Positions 9,566-19,514 of a stretch of 64,000 nucleotides of DNA are shown here, in pieces (the first letter of the stretch is position 1; each line of letters begins with the position of its first letter). The notes beneath the pieces were generated by a model. That model was not told the origin of the DNA, made no database searches, and was given only the letters and a program-made list of their open reading frames with translations. Where the stretch lies: the IMG/VR virus record IMGVR_UViG_3300025162_000024, positions 1 through 64,000 of that record; one strand, written 5' to 3'. The DNA comes from a virus. The translations under genes were made by a program, and so were the position numbers.

Positions 9566-11017
9566 TCAGCTTAAAACACAATTTTGTAGGATTGCCAGTT
9601 CGACGGCCGGTGAGGAACTGTCCTCGGCCAAGGCCGCCTCTACACAGGCCAGCTTGTACGTAGCATATCCTTTCAACAGAGGATCGGTAGCCGCAGATAC
9701 AGCCGCTGAACTAGTCTGAATCTCTCTGGGCTCCCCAGCCGCCCGCCACACCCTTGATTCCGCCGCCTGTTTGGACAACGAGATAGACGGGTGCAGACTG
9801 ACAACCCTGGGGTCGTCCACCGGGGGCAGAGAGGCGTAGGTGCTATCCCCAGCCAGGTAGAAAGCCTGCTGTTCGAGATCGGAGAACAACGTAGGCAAGT
9901 GAGCAGCACACTTAGCGATCCGCTCTTCACTGGCCTGAACGAACGTCCGAGCCCAGTCGGAAAAGGACAGGCAGCATCCGGCTTTTACCAGCTGTCCGAG
10001 GAACTCTGCAGCCTTCTTATCCGAAAACACCTGCTTCAGATCAACGTGCAACGAGGGGGCGGCCGAGGCCTTCGCCTTGTACATAGAGGCCTGTAACGGG
10101 ATACGTTTCTCCATCCGGCCCAGGTCGAATACGATCTTCCTCCGGGCTCCTGCCCGCTTGGAGAGCACGGGCAATTGCGGGGCCGAGACCCGTGCCTCAG
10201 GGAGGTCCGCGGCCAGCTCTATGACGCTCGCCGCCTTTCTCAAGCTCCAGGCGATGCGATCAGCCGGCTTCTTCACCCTCGAGATATCGAAGAAATCGGG
10301 GGTCTCGTTGACCATCCCAATGTCCAGCCCATCGTCGCACAAGGAGTAGGCCAATTTCGAGATGTGAGGGCAGTAATCGGCGGCGCGAGTCGATACATGG
10401 CCGCAAACGCTACACACGTCATGGGTGACGTCGCAGGACATGGAGAACCCTATGTCCTTACCCGAGGCCAGCTTCTGCAGATCTGAATCCCAATCGGGGC
10501 CGTGCGGTACTTGAATGAGCAGCTCAGGTCGCCACATTTCATCGTTGTGGGCCGCGGCCTTGATCGATCCGTAGACCTTGTCGCCCTCTTTGGGACGGTT
10601 ATGGTGCTCTTCATAGACCGCCCCGTGATCGACAAACGTCTGGATCTGGTCTTTGACCCCGCGGTCTACGTGGTCCCTGTACGTACTGGCGTTCTTCGTG
10701 TGATACCTGGGGTTTCCGTGTTCGTCCGGCTTTCGCAGCTCGACCTTGGTCCAGTCCCCATGCGGAATGTTCAGGTCACGGGCCGACTTGTAATAGAAGT
10801 CACGGTTCTTGTTCTTCCCGAACCGATCAGCATCCCCCATGGCTATAAGGTGGATGATCGAGTGACCGGGTTCTGCCCTAATGTCCATCCCTGAGAACAC
10901 ATCGGCCGCCGCCCGCTTCCTCAGCCAATCGGAGGACAACTGTCCACGGAAGGTCTCGACCAGCTGGGCCACCGGTTCATCAAACTCGTAGGAGGATGGG
11001 TCGATGTACTTTTCCAT
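9566..11017 (-). CDS. Prohead (head maturation) protease
   Basis: NKNRDFY, VYEEHHN (His), FSMSC (Ser) + CSVCGH...YCPH Zn motif, N..PDFFDISRV..PAD; position upstream of scaffold/MCP. Confidence 0.75.
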   Translation of the reverse strand: MEKYIDPSSYEFDEPVAQLVETFRGQLSSDWLRKRAAADVFSGMDIRAEPGHSIIHLIAMGDADRFGKNKNRDFYYKSARDLNIPHGDWTKVELRKPDEHGNPRYHTKNASTYRDHVDRGVKDQIQTFVDHGAVYEEHHNRPKEGDKVYGSIKAAAHNDEMWRPELLIQVPHGPDWDSDLQKLASGKDIGFSMSCDVTHDVCSVCGHVSTRAADYCPHISKLAYSLCDDGLDIGMVNETPDFFDISRVKKPADRIAWSLRKAASVIELAADLPEARVSAPQLPVLSKRAGARRKIVFDLGRMEKRIPLQASMYKAKASAAPSLHVDLKQVFSDKKAAEFLGQLVKAGCCLSFSDWARTFVQASEERIAKCAAHLPTLFSDLEQQAFYLAGDSTYASLPPVDDPRVVSLHPSISLSKQAAESRVWRAAGEPREIQTSSAAVSAATDPLLKGYATYKLACVEAALAEDSSSPAVELAILQNCVLS

Positions 11018-11019
11018 GG

Positions 11020-11736
11020 TTACTTTCGGCTCATCGCATCATTAGCCCCAAGAGCGGCTAGGATCGCCGAGACCGCAGCCCCGACAATCGACGCATTTCC
11101 TTTCCAACCTCCACGTCGAAGTTGTGTCCACGGCCCTTGCCGGGCCCTTGCGAACTCCGCAGGAATCTCCGGGCTTGTGGCAGTCGCTGGAACGGCCTTT
11201 CGTACCTCAACGTCAGCTATTGGCTTGCCTTCCTTGTCTACCGGACGCATTCGCATAGTTTGGCGTATTCCGATAACTGTGGGGACTGCCGTGGCCGCCG
11301 TACCAAGTAAGTAACCACCAGTTGACTTCGTCTTGTCCCATGTCGACATGGGTGCCCCGGCCTCCTGGATATTACTGGGCACGGCCCACATTCTGCCTTT
11401 ACCGTCAGTGGCCATCGTCGGGGCGTTCGACGGATTGGTCAGGTAGTCCATGGCCCGACCCGGTCCGATCGATGCGGCGAACCCAGCGGCCGCCCCCGGT
11501 GCAGCCCCTAAGAGTGCCCCGATCAGAGCGTTACGCTTTCGCTTTTGAGTCTGTACCGGGTCAGTCCCCTGATCCGACATCAGATAGCTGGCCCCTCCGC
11601 CCAGGCCGGCACCGGCCAGTGCCCCCAGGACCGAAGAGGAATACGGGTGGACCTCGTAGGGGGTGAACGAATCCGCCTTCTTCCGCATGGCGATCCCTGT
11701 GAGTACCCCTGAGATGAATGTGGTGTTTTCCGGCAT
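11020..11736 (-). CDS. Glycine-zipper membrane/virion protein
   Basis: KKA after short leader; GALAGAGLGGG...NALIGALLG hairpin. Confidence 0.65.
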   Translation of the reverse strand: MPENTTFISGVLTGIAMRKKADSFTPYEVHPYSSSVLGALAGAGLGGGASYLMSDQGTDPVQTQKRKRNALIGALLGAAPGAAAGFAASIGPGRAMDYLTNPSNAPTMATDGKGRMWAVPSNIQEAGAPMSTWDKTKSTGGYLLGTAATAVPTVIGIRQTMRMRPVDKEGKPIADVEVRKAVPATATSPEIPAEFARARQGPWTQLRRGGWKGNASIVGAAVSAILAALGANDAMSRK

Positions 11737-11739
11737 AGG

Positions 11740-12750
11740 TTATGGCCCTAACTGAGGAGTACTGGGAACCGGTATCGGTTGCGATCCCGACCCTGAGGGC
11801 TGTGAGTACCCAGCTGGATACACGCCGATAATCCCGTCAAGCTTACGTTTGTTGGCGGCAGCCGTCTCCTGCCGTCGGGCGTGGGCCTCGGCGGCCGCCG
11901 CATCACGGATGGCCTGGGCCTGTTCGCTCATCGCCCCTGCCTGAGCGGCCTGGGCGGCGGCCGCTGCACGGGCGGCCACTGTCTGGTTAGCAGTAGACTT
12001 TGTCTGAGCATCCAACTGTTTCACCTGGAACTCCGACTGAGCCTTGAGCCTCTCAGCCTCGGTCTGTTTACGTCCTTCGGTATCCGCCTGGCGAGCAGCG
12101 AGCTCCGCCTTGCTCTGTTCTTTCCGGTCTTTGACCTCTTTGGTCCTCAACCCGAGCTCTTTGGCCTTCATGGCCAGCTCAGGATCCATATACCTGATCC
12201 CGGCCTTGCTCCCACCGAGTGCTTCGGGAACCGCCCCTTTGAGCACATCGAGCGTCTTGGTCTTCGCCACCTGATAAAGGTCTGGTCGCATACCTCTGGA
12301 GTCGGCGCGAAGAGCCTCTTCTCGGGTGTTGTCCACTTTCCTGTTGTTCAGCAATTGGCTCTCGGTGCCCGCCACCTGTCCGACCTCAAACGTATCGAGA
12401 TACCCCTGGCTCAGAGCTCGACGGAGAAGTCCACGGACGAGCAGGGGTTGCTCGGCGGTCGTCGGTGAGAGCTTGGACAGGTCGTTATAGAAGTTGATCA
12501 CCTCTTCACGTGGATACTTACTGATCACCTCATCGTTATCCAGCAAGTCTTCGACCAACCCTTTGACCGCTATGGCCCGGCGTTCGTCACGGACCTCGGG
12601 ATCGCCCAGTTTATCAACGGCCTTGCCCACCTCCTGGTTCAAGGCGTTATCGTGGGCAGCCCCGCCCCCGGTCAGACCCGACCACAGGTTGGACAGGGTC
12701 TCGGTCGTCGTCTCAAACAGGGCCCGCTTCGCAAAGCATGCGAAAGGGGT
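11740..12750 (-). CDS. Virion protein C-terminal part, probably reached by +1 frameshift from 12713..13576
   Basis: Frame open from 12750 with no ATG/SD start (caller used TTG 12642); begins TPFACFAKRA. Confidence 0.6.
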   Translation of the reverse strand, partial: TPFACFAKRALFETTTETLSNLWSGLTGGGAAHDNALNQEVGKAVDKLGDPEVRDERRAIAVKGLVEDLLDNDEVISKYPREEVINFYNDLSKLSPTTAEQPLLVRGLLRRALSQGYLDTFEVGQVAGTESQLLNNRKVDNTREEALRADSRGMRPDLYQVAKTKTLDVLKGAVPEALGGSKAGIRYMDPELAMKAKELGLRTKEVKDRKEQSKAELAARQADTEGRKQTEAERLKAQSEFQVKQLDAQTKSTANQTVAARAAAAAQAAQAGAMSEQAQAIRDAAAAEAHARRQETAAANKRKLDGIIGVYPAGYSQPSGSGSQPIPVPSTPQLGP

Positions 12751-13576
12751 TTACTTCAACCGACCCCCTGGACGGCTGGGGCTTGGGCTGGGTGAATTCG
12801 GCGGCCGCCTCTTGGGCAGCTTTGAGCGATTGCCTGGCTTGGAGCTCGGACATCGTGGCGGCCACGAACTGGTCGACCATGTTGTAAGGCGACAGGTTGA
12901 AATCGGCCTGCTTGGATCCCTGGGCCCTTACACTCTTCCAGCGGTCGGCACACGTCGCATCCCACAAGAGTTCGGCCAGCTCGTTGCCCAGATCGTTTCC
13001 ATACTTGCCTCGAAGTCCCTGCTCTATCTCCGAAAAGGCCACTTTGTGGAAATTGTTCTGAAGTTCGGTTACAGCCCGGTCCAGGCTCTCAACAACACGG
13101 AACTCGGCGATCGCCGCCTGACTCTTGGCCTCGAGCACCTTCTGATCCGCAGCCATCTTCCGCATAAGCCTGGCTGCACCGTTCACCGGCTGAGGCCTAC
13201 TCTCTTGGACGTCTGCAGCCAGCTTGCGGAGAGATGCACTCTTCGCCAGCAGGTTGGGGACCTGCTCATCCTGGAAATTAGGCTTGTCCCCGGGGAGGGC
13301 CGATCCCTCATCCACAATCTGCTGGAGGCATGTATCTGGATCGGCCAGGTCGAATACTTCAAGACGGTCAGATCCGCTCTTGGTCTGCTGCTGGGCCAGC
13401 GACCGCCCAATGTTATACGACTCGGCGGCGCGACGAACCTGCTCAGGCAGAAGCTGGCTGTCGACTGCAACCTTCTTCAAGGCCTGTGTAGGACTATGCC
13501 CGTCGTTGACCAGACCGGCCACCTTCCGGACGGACTTTTCGATCTTAGCACGGGTCTCTTCGGTCATAGGTTGCAT
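12713..13576 (-). CDS. K-x-A-rich virion protein (N-terminal part of frameshifted gene)
   Basis: 287 aa, GAGG SD, KSA/KLA/KMA/KVA/KQA motifs. Confidence 0.75.
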   Translation of the reverse strand: MQPMTEETRAKIEKSVRKVAGLVNDGHSPTQALKKVAVDSQLLPEQVRRAAESYNIGRSLAQQQTKSGSDRLEVFDLADPDTCLQQIVDEGSALPGDKPNFQDEQVPNLLAKSASLRKLAADVQESRPQPVNGAARLMRKMAADQKVLEAKSQAAIAEFRVVESLDRAVTELQNNFHKVAFSEIEQGLRGKYGNDLGNELAELLWDATCADRWKSVRAQGSKQADFNLSPYNMVDQFVAATMSELQARQSLKAAQEAAAEFTQPKPQPSRGSVEVNPFRMLCEAGPV

Positions 13577-13602
13577 TTAACTGGTCCTCTTCTGATAGTC
13601 TA

Positions 13603-14601
13603 TCAGACAGGAACTTCCTCTTTCTCCGGGACTTCCACGCTCGTCTCGAGCTCCACCGGCTCCATCGGGGCCGCCCCCTCTGTAATCTTCATCATCCGGG
13701 GTTCGTGCTTAGGTACCTGCCCCATCGCCCCGGGCCTATCCTCCCACCCGCCCATCGTATCGGCCAAGGCGATCTTGGCCCCCTCCATGGTCCCTACCAG
13801 CTGCTTCTGATCTCCAGGTGTATCCTGGGCCGCCTTGGTCTCCTGGGCTCTAAGTTGGCGTTCGCGGGTGTCGTACTGCATGTGGTGCAGTGAGGTGATC
13901 GGACCCTCGTGCTTGAACTGACTGTCGAAGAAGGCACGGACCGCCTGGTCCGCTCCAGCCTTCCTCAAGCATTCCAGGGTCTCTGCGTCGGCATCCCCAT
14001 AGCCCATTAGTGCCCGGAGAACCTTCGCCTTGAACTGGAATCCAGCATACTGCATGAACGTGCGGAACACCCGACCATCAGGGATCGGCCCGGCAAACAG
14101 CTTTCCGTACAGGCCTCCGCGGGCCTCGGCATTTCTCAGGTCGAAGAAGACCGCCTCGTACACAGCCAGGGTCTGCGGAGCGAACCCGACGAACTCACAG
14201 ATCTTCTGTGGCTCCTCATTCGACAGGATGAACGCCTCGGCGATGGCCACGACCCCGCCGGAGGCCGCCGCATGGTTCATCTCCCTGGCCTCCAGATAAG
14301 GCCAGTACTCGCGGCTGATCTTGGCGAACATCGGACCATAATCGATCTTCTGGTCGTCGACCGGCTCGTTCAAGTCGGTCTTTACCCTCTGGAACTTGGG
14401 GAAAGTACTGGGGTTGACCCTGGCCATTTCAAGGATGGTCGTGGTCATCTTCCGGATGATCGGGTCTTTCGCCGCCTGCAGGAGCTTAGAAGGTGTCAGG
14501 TGTAAGCGGGCCAGACTGGCCGCGGCCGTCCACCGCCAATCGCGTGGGCGAAGGGCACCTGACCGCTCCGGGAGTGGATCTTGCCTTGCCTTCTTTGACA
14601 T
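13603..14601 (-). CDS. Hypothetical protein with possible HTH segment
   Basis: PRDWRW N-terminal motif; AEAFILSNEEPQKICEFVGFAPQTLAVYEAVFFD resembles an HTH. Confidence 0.6.
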   Translation of the reverse strand: MSKKARQDPLPERSGALRPRDWRWTAAASLARLHLTPSKLLQAAKDPIIRKMTTTILEMARVNPSTFPKFQRVKTDLNEPVDDQKIDYGPMFAKISREYWPYLEAREMNHAAASGGVVAIAEAFILSNEEPQKICEFVGFAPQTLAVYEAVFFDLRNAEARGGLYGKLFAGPIPDGRVFRTFMQYAGFQFKAKVLRALMGYGDADAETLECLRKAGADQAVRAFFDSQFKHEGPITSLHHMQYDTRERQLRAQETKAAQDTPGDQKQLVGTMEGAKIALADTMGGWEDRPGAMGQVPKHEPRMMKITEGAAPMEPVELETSVEVPEKEEVPV

Positions 14602-14612
14602 ACTGGCCAAGC

Positions 14613-16961
14613 CTATTCCATCGCCTCATTTTGAATGTCTGTCTTGTGGCTGGCCACGCTGTCCGCGGTGCGAGCCCCCTTGTTCTTCAGAGAGAGTACC
14701 AGATCGCCCAATCCTTTGAGCTGGTTCCTCAAGCTCTCCTCAAGCTCTTTGAGCCCTTCGGCCCCGTACCTGGACTTGAACTCGTCGCCATCCTTCCAGA
14801 ACAGGAAGAGTGCCCGGCACAACCTGTCAAGTGCCAACTGCCAGTCACCCATGAACCGATCGATCTCGTCAATCGAATCGGCGGTCCCCACAAGCTGGGC
14901 GATGGCCCCGGCGTCAAACGTCTGCTTATCCTGAGAGTCGACCGCAGGCTGACCCCCGAGGCTAGCTTTACCCGTGGGTCGGGCCAGAGCATGTCGAACC
15001 TCGTTGGGCTGCTTGGCGTTCACCCCGAAGAACGAGGTATCCCCCAAATTCTCAGGGATGTCCGCGGCCATCTTGGAGAACTCGACCAGGACCGAGACAG
15101 ACCCCTCGGCCGCGGTCTTCTCCATCAGCTCGATAGTCTCGTCAAGGGAGAACCCAATATCCTCAATGAGACGGACGAACGCCTGCTTCTTGGGCAGGTC
15201 CTCGGCGTACGCCTTGTCACCCGTTCCAAGCTCGACCGTCACCTGTTCGCCGCCCCGTGCGGCGGTCAGCTTCAGGACGGGCATCACCTGGTTAATAAGG
15301 ATGTCTGAAGCCTGGGCCAGCGTTGCCAGCCTCCCGTCATCTCGGCCTTTGAGACGCATGCAGCGGGTAGAGCTGGGCAGGAACAGGGTATGCCCCACTT
15401 TACGCGGTTCTGCGATAGTCGAGTCCACGTACAGCTCAGTGCAATCCTCCCACTTCCCGCCCAGCCCATCACCCTTGATCCGGAGACCGCCATCGACATC
15501 TTCGGTGGCCAACGACCGGGGAGACCTCTCACCGCTACCGATAGGTGTTTTATACTCCTCTTCCTTGAGGTCGACGCGGAACGTGCCGTAGATCTGGCCG
15601 TTCATCCCCATGATCAACCACCGGCGATCGTCGTAATCCTTGGACTTTTCGCCCTTGAGCGAGGTGAGCTTGGGCTGGTCCTGTACCCAGTTGACCAGTT
15701 CGTACCGTTTGCCGCCCCCGGGGAGGGCCACGGCCGGCTTCGAGTCAGACGAGTACCGGTGACCGACTTCTATCTCGCACTTGGCCTGGATGTCTACGTA
15801 TCGCAGGTTCGTCCGCTGCACATCCCTATGGGAGTACCCGACCGGGTAGCACTCGCAACCGCAGTCCTTCTCATAGGCCACGATCTGCCGGACGCCGCCC
15901 GTGGTATCCATCGACTGGTAGATGCCCGGGACCGAGATGGTCTCCATCTGGGTAATAGGCCGGATAGCGTGCCAACGGCTGTGTTCTTTTCGCGAATCGC
16001 GGATCACCGGCAACCCGGCGGCCAGCAGCTCTTTCTCACTCTCGGTCAGCTTCAGGAACGAGGCATGATCCTCCAGATCCAGGTCGGTGATCACCTTCAC
16101 CTGGTGGAAACCCAATGGTTCCATGTGCGAGGCACGCTTGGAGTACCGGGGGAGGTCCGACAGGTATGAGTCGAACATGTCATGGAGTGGCATGATCTCG
16201 GAGACCCCCGAGTTCGGATCGACCTTTCGGCCTTCCCGCATGCTCTTGTTGATCCCCTTGAACTCTTCTCCGACCAGGTCCTGGGCTACGTAGTGGCGGG
16301 CTGCGGCAGACTTGGGATTCTCCGAAGCGGACTTCACGATCCGCTCACGGTCCTCGTCGTTCACCCCGTTCAGATAGGTTCGGAGATCCAGGTTGGAAGC
16401 TGACTTCTGATGACGGGAGAGGGTGGCGCGAGCGAAGAGTTCGTCTGCCGCACTCTTGCAGGTAGCAGGCGTACTGCCCTCGGCGGCCATCGAACTAAGG
16501 AACTCCCCGACCCACGGGGCCGGATTCTCTGGGAGCCAGACGGGCATCGTCTGGGCCTGGGCCAGTTTGCCGTACTGCTGGGGCGAGTACAAGAAGGCAG
16601 TGAAATCTGGTTGACTGCGAGAGAACTGCTCAGCCGTCTGGTTCGTGGACTGGCCTAGGGCATGGATCCCCTTATTGCGGAGCTGTTCGGCCCATGCATC
16701 GTCCAGCGGCAACATCAGGTCCTGGGAGCGAACCCACATCATTCCGCTCTTCAGCTCACCGTTCAGGAAGAAGACAGGGATCAGCACCTGGTCCCCTTCC
16801 AGGTCACAGTTGAAGACACCGATCGCCTTGGTCTGTTCGTCATTGGCATCCAGCACCTGAAAACCGGTCAGATTCGCGAACAGACCGGGAGCCCGGCTCC
16901 TGATAGTGGAAAAGGCAGTCTCGGCAAACATCTTCTCAAACTCGTTCAGTGCACCGGCCAT
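14613..16961 (-). CDS. Large virion/head-associated protein
   Basis: 782 aa, GGAG SD, about nine K-x-A motifs (KLA, KSA x4, KRA, KQA, KTA, KMA). Confidence 0.7.
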   Translation of the reverse strand: MAGALNEFEKMFAETAFSTIRSRAPGLFANLTGFQVLDANDEQTKAIGVFNCDLEGDQVLIPVFFLNGELKSGMMWVRSQDLMLPLDDAWAEQLRNKGIHALGQSTNQTAEQFSRSQPDFTAFLYSPQQYGKLAQAQTMPVWLPENPAPWVGEFLSSMAAEGSTPATCKSAADELFARATLSRHQKSASNLDLRTYLNGVNDEDRERIVKSASENPKSAAARHYVAQDLVGEEFKGINKSMREGRKVDPNSGVSEIMPLHDMFDSYLSDLPRYSKRASHMEPLGFHQVKVITDLDLEDHASFLKLTESEKELLAAGLPVIRDSRKEHSRWHAIRPITQMETISVPGIYQSMDTTGGVRQIVAYEKDCGCECYPVGYSHRDVQRTNLRYVDIQAKCEIEVGHRYSSDSKPAVALPGGGKRYELVNWVQDQPKLTSLKGEKSKDYDDRRWLIMGMNGQIYGTFRVDLKEEEYKTPIGSGERSPRSLATEDVDGGLRIKGDGLGGKWEDCTELYVDSTIAEPRKVGHTLFLPSSTRCMRLKGRDDGRLATLAQASDILINQVMPVLKLTAARGGEQVTVELGTGDKAYAEDLPKKQAFVRLIEDIGFSLDETIELMEKTAAEGSVSVLVEFSKMAADIPENLGDTSFFGVNAKQPNEVRHALARPTGKASLGGQPAVDSQDKQTFDAGAIAQLVGTADSIDEIDRFMGDWQLALDRLCRALFLFWKDGDEFKSRYGAEGLKELEESLRNQLKGLGDLVLSLKNKGARTADSVASHKTDIQNEAME

Positions 16962-17028
16962 GAGGTATCTCCAGCTGTAAAGGCCTATGACGGCCGCTCC
17001 TTACATCATATCGTACCGGCCAATAGCT

Positions 17029-17064
17029 AAAAAAGAGGGCCATCGGAGGAGGAGCCGATAGCCC
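17029..17064 (-). terminator. Rho-independent terminator
   Basis: GGGCTATCGG-loop-CCGATGGCCC followed by TCTTTTTT. Confidence 0.8.
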
Positions 17065-17107
17065 AGGTGGCGGCGCGAGCCTCTGCCCGTCGCCGCAATG
17101 ATCATCT
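17029..17107 (-). ncRNA. Candidate small structured RNA (or leaderless 34-aa ORF)
   Basis: GGGTATACT -10 box at 17113-17118, hairpin GCGGCG-A-CGGGC-AGAG-GCTCG-CGCCGC, then terminator. Confidence 0.35.
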
Positions 17108-17124
17108 GCAGGAGTATACCCGGA

Positions 17125-18966
17125 TCAATACTTTCCTGTCGTCTCGAGATCTTTCCCGAATTCCTCGGGATTGATCAACGAGGCCACGTAACTAGTGTCA
17201 TGCCTTGGTGCCGTACGAGCTCTGTGTACCGTATCGAGCAGCCCCTTCTCCAGGTAGCTTCCGGCCATTCTTGTTAAAGGATTTGGGTCCCTGAGACCGT
17301 GTTCCATGGCCCGGACCATCTCTGGTTCAAACCCGGGGTGCTCCGTATCCGCGTCTACACTCTCCACGCCCAGCGACTTAAGGTCATTTGCTACCCGAGG
17401 GGTGATCCTCGTCCCTAGGGAATAATGAGCTGCGGGCTTCACCAGGTAGCGGCCGACAGCCTCATGGGTCTTTACCGACTGGACAGTTTCACTCGGCTTG
17501 TAGGCCCTGGCCAGCTGATCAAAGGTGACCAGGTCATCGGGTAACGTTCCCTCGACCCGGTCCGAGTTCGTGATCCTCGCGTGATTCTGGATCCCACGGG
17601 AGAGCACCTCTATGTTCCGACGGTGTGACCGGACGTCTGAATCGTCCAATGCCTTCTTGAACGTCTCGATGAACAGCCGGCGTCCCTCGCCCAGCCCCTT
17701 ATACTGGACGGCGTCCGACGGGTTCACAGCCCCCTCGTTCAGCGGGTCTCCGGCCTCCACCTGGTCCCCGACCTTCACTCGTAGATCTATACCGGCCGGC
17801 ACGTAATGATCCAGGGCCCCGACTTTAACGTAGTTACCACCCTGTGGAGCTTCTCGTATATCTGAGATCCTCCCGTCCTCGGAGGCTACGACTGCCGCTT
17901 CAGGGAAGACCTTGGGTGCCTGGAGCATCCGGTTGATGTAGGCAAAGCCCGATCGGGGGTGCTTCTCTTTGCTGACCGTACCACCGGTGTGCTTCTGGGA
18001 CAAGCTACCCTGTGCTATCTTCTCGCCAACAGCCTGACTGGAGGCGATCCCCACCTGATCCCCGATCCCTGGGAGCCTCCCTTTCTCACGGACCCCGGCA
18101 CATACCGAGCAGATTCCTTCGGGGGCCTGACAGGTTGCAGCCGACCTGACGAGGATCCGGGCGTCTCCCAGTCCTTTGCGGACCTCAGGTGTGATCAGGG
18201 TCCCGGCATCGTACTTCCCTGATTTCTGGGCGAGGATCGCCCCGTCATTGTCCTTGTCACTGGCGGGTACGGGAAGCCCAGATCCAGTCTTGCAATCGTG
18301 CTGGGTCACGGTCAGCCGATGGGAGACGAACGCCATCTGCTTGCCCAGGTGACCTGATTGGGCGGTCGAGAGCTTGGCACTGATCGAACCCTGACGGGCA
18401 CCGTACCCGGCCGCAAAAAATTCACTTGGGGTCAGTCCCTCCGAGTACCCATGGAGGATCGGAAAGGGGATCGTCCTCCCCCTGTGATCCGCGACCAGCA
18501 TATCCCCGATCAACCCCTGTCTGTACTGGGTAGGATTGCCTCTAGCCCCGGACAGAGCTTGAATGGCCAGAGAGTTGCCCGAGGCGATCCCCTCGTCCAT
18601 CAGCTGCTTCTCCATCGGCCGTATCTCGGACATCACCAGCTGGTTAACCGCGTTCTGCTTTGCCTCCTCAGGCATATTCGACGCATTGAGCAGGTCTACC
18701 TTGTCCCTGAGCTCCTGGCGGCGTTTCTTGAGCTCCTGGCTCATCTCCAGATCAGACATCTTGATCGAACTGCCCTGGGACCGGGCGGCCCGGCCCCCGA
18801 CATGCATCAGCCCGTTGGCCACCTTGAGATACTGGTCAGGATGCTTAGCATGCAGCTCCTCAAGCAGCTGGGCCATACCGCGGTTATCCAACAGGCGGCC
18901 TTCTGCCTGCATATCCTGAGGCAGCTGTTGATTCACCAGAAGTTGGCCAACCGTGGTTTGGATCAT
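17125..18966 (-). CDS. rpoC: Phage DNA-directed RNA polymerase beta' subunit, C-terminal half
   Basis: TTVGQLLVN, SGARGN, bridge helix GLTPSEFFAAGYGARQGSISAKLSTAQSGHL, CQAPEGICSVC Zn site, trigger loop GDQVGIASSQAVGEKIAQGSLSQKHTGG. Confidence 0.93.
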   Translation of the reverse strand: MIQTTVGQLLVNQQLPQDMQAEGRLLDNRGMAQLLEELHAKHPDQYLKVANGLMHVGGRAARSQGSSIKMSDLEMSQELKKRRQELRDKVDLLNASNMPEEAKQNAVNQLVMSEIRPMEKQLMDEGIASGNSLAIQALSGARGNPTQYRQGLIGDMLVADHRGRTIPFPILHGYSEGLTPSEFFAAGYGARQGSISAKLSTAQSGHLGKQMAFVSHRLTVTQHDCKTGSGLPVPASDKDNDGAILAQKSGKYDAGTLITPEVRKGLGDARILVRSAATCQAPEGICSVCAGVREKGRLPGIGDQVGIASSQAVGEKIAQGSLSQKHTGGTVSKEKHPRSGFAYINRMLQAPKVFPEAAVVASEDGRISDIREAPQGGNYVKVGALDHYVPAGIDLRVKVGDQVEAGDPLNEGAVNPSDAVQYKGLGEGRRLFIETFKKALDDSDVRSHRRNIEVLSRGIQNHARITNSDRVEGTLPDDLVTFDQLARAYKPSETVQSVKTHEAVGRYLVKPAAHYSLGTRITPRVANDLKSLGVESVDADTEHPGFEPEMVRAMEHGLRDPNPLTRMAGSYLEKGLLDTVHRARTAPRHDTSYVASLINPEEFGKDLETTGKY

Positions 18967-19511
18967 TTTGACTGTGTCCCATGGTCGGCATTCTGCAAAC
19001 TACGAATATCCTCGATCGTGGCGTAATTCTTAGCCGCAGCGTCCGCAAAATCGTCCATCGCCCCCTCTCGCATGCCGAGAGCCTTAATGTACGCCCTATA
19101 CTTATCGTAATTCTGCGTATCCTCCACAAATGCCTTTCCCTCTGGCTCGGCCATTCCTTTCAATGCCCCTGCCTGCTGGTTAAGGCCGGATCTATCTGAC
19201 ATAGCGGTTACCACTCCAAGTCCCGCTCCACCCAAACCTCCGACACCTGCCCCCATAGCTGCGTTAAGGAGGTAATCCGTTGCCTTTGGATCTTTCTTCA
19301 GCAGAGTTAACAGTGCTCCTATCCCGCCGCCGGCCAAAGCCCCAGCCCCGCCATAGGTAGCTGCCCGGCCCGGGACCATCCCACCAAGACCTTGCGAAGA
19401 TGCCTCGTTAAGCCGCTGCCACATGCTGGAGTCGGCTATATTATCAGTGAACGCCAGCTTCCTGTACAGCTCTCGCCCAAGTTGTTCACATGCTTCTTTG
19501 GTCACGGTCAT
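18963..19511 (-). CDS. Leader-bearing glycine-zipper virion cargo protein
   Basis: KEACEQLGRELYRKLA leader; paralog of 23247..23876. Confidence 0.8.
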   Translation of the reverse strand: MTVTKEACEQLGRELYRKLAFTDNIADSSMWQRLNEASSQGLGGMVPGRAATYGGAGALAGGGIGALLTLLKKDPKATDYLLNAAMGAGVGGLGGAGLGVVTAMSDRSGLNQQAGALKGMAEPEGKAFVEDTQNYDKYRAYIKALGMREGAMDDFADAAAKNYATIEDIRSLQNADHGTQSK

Positions 19512-19514
19512 CGC

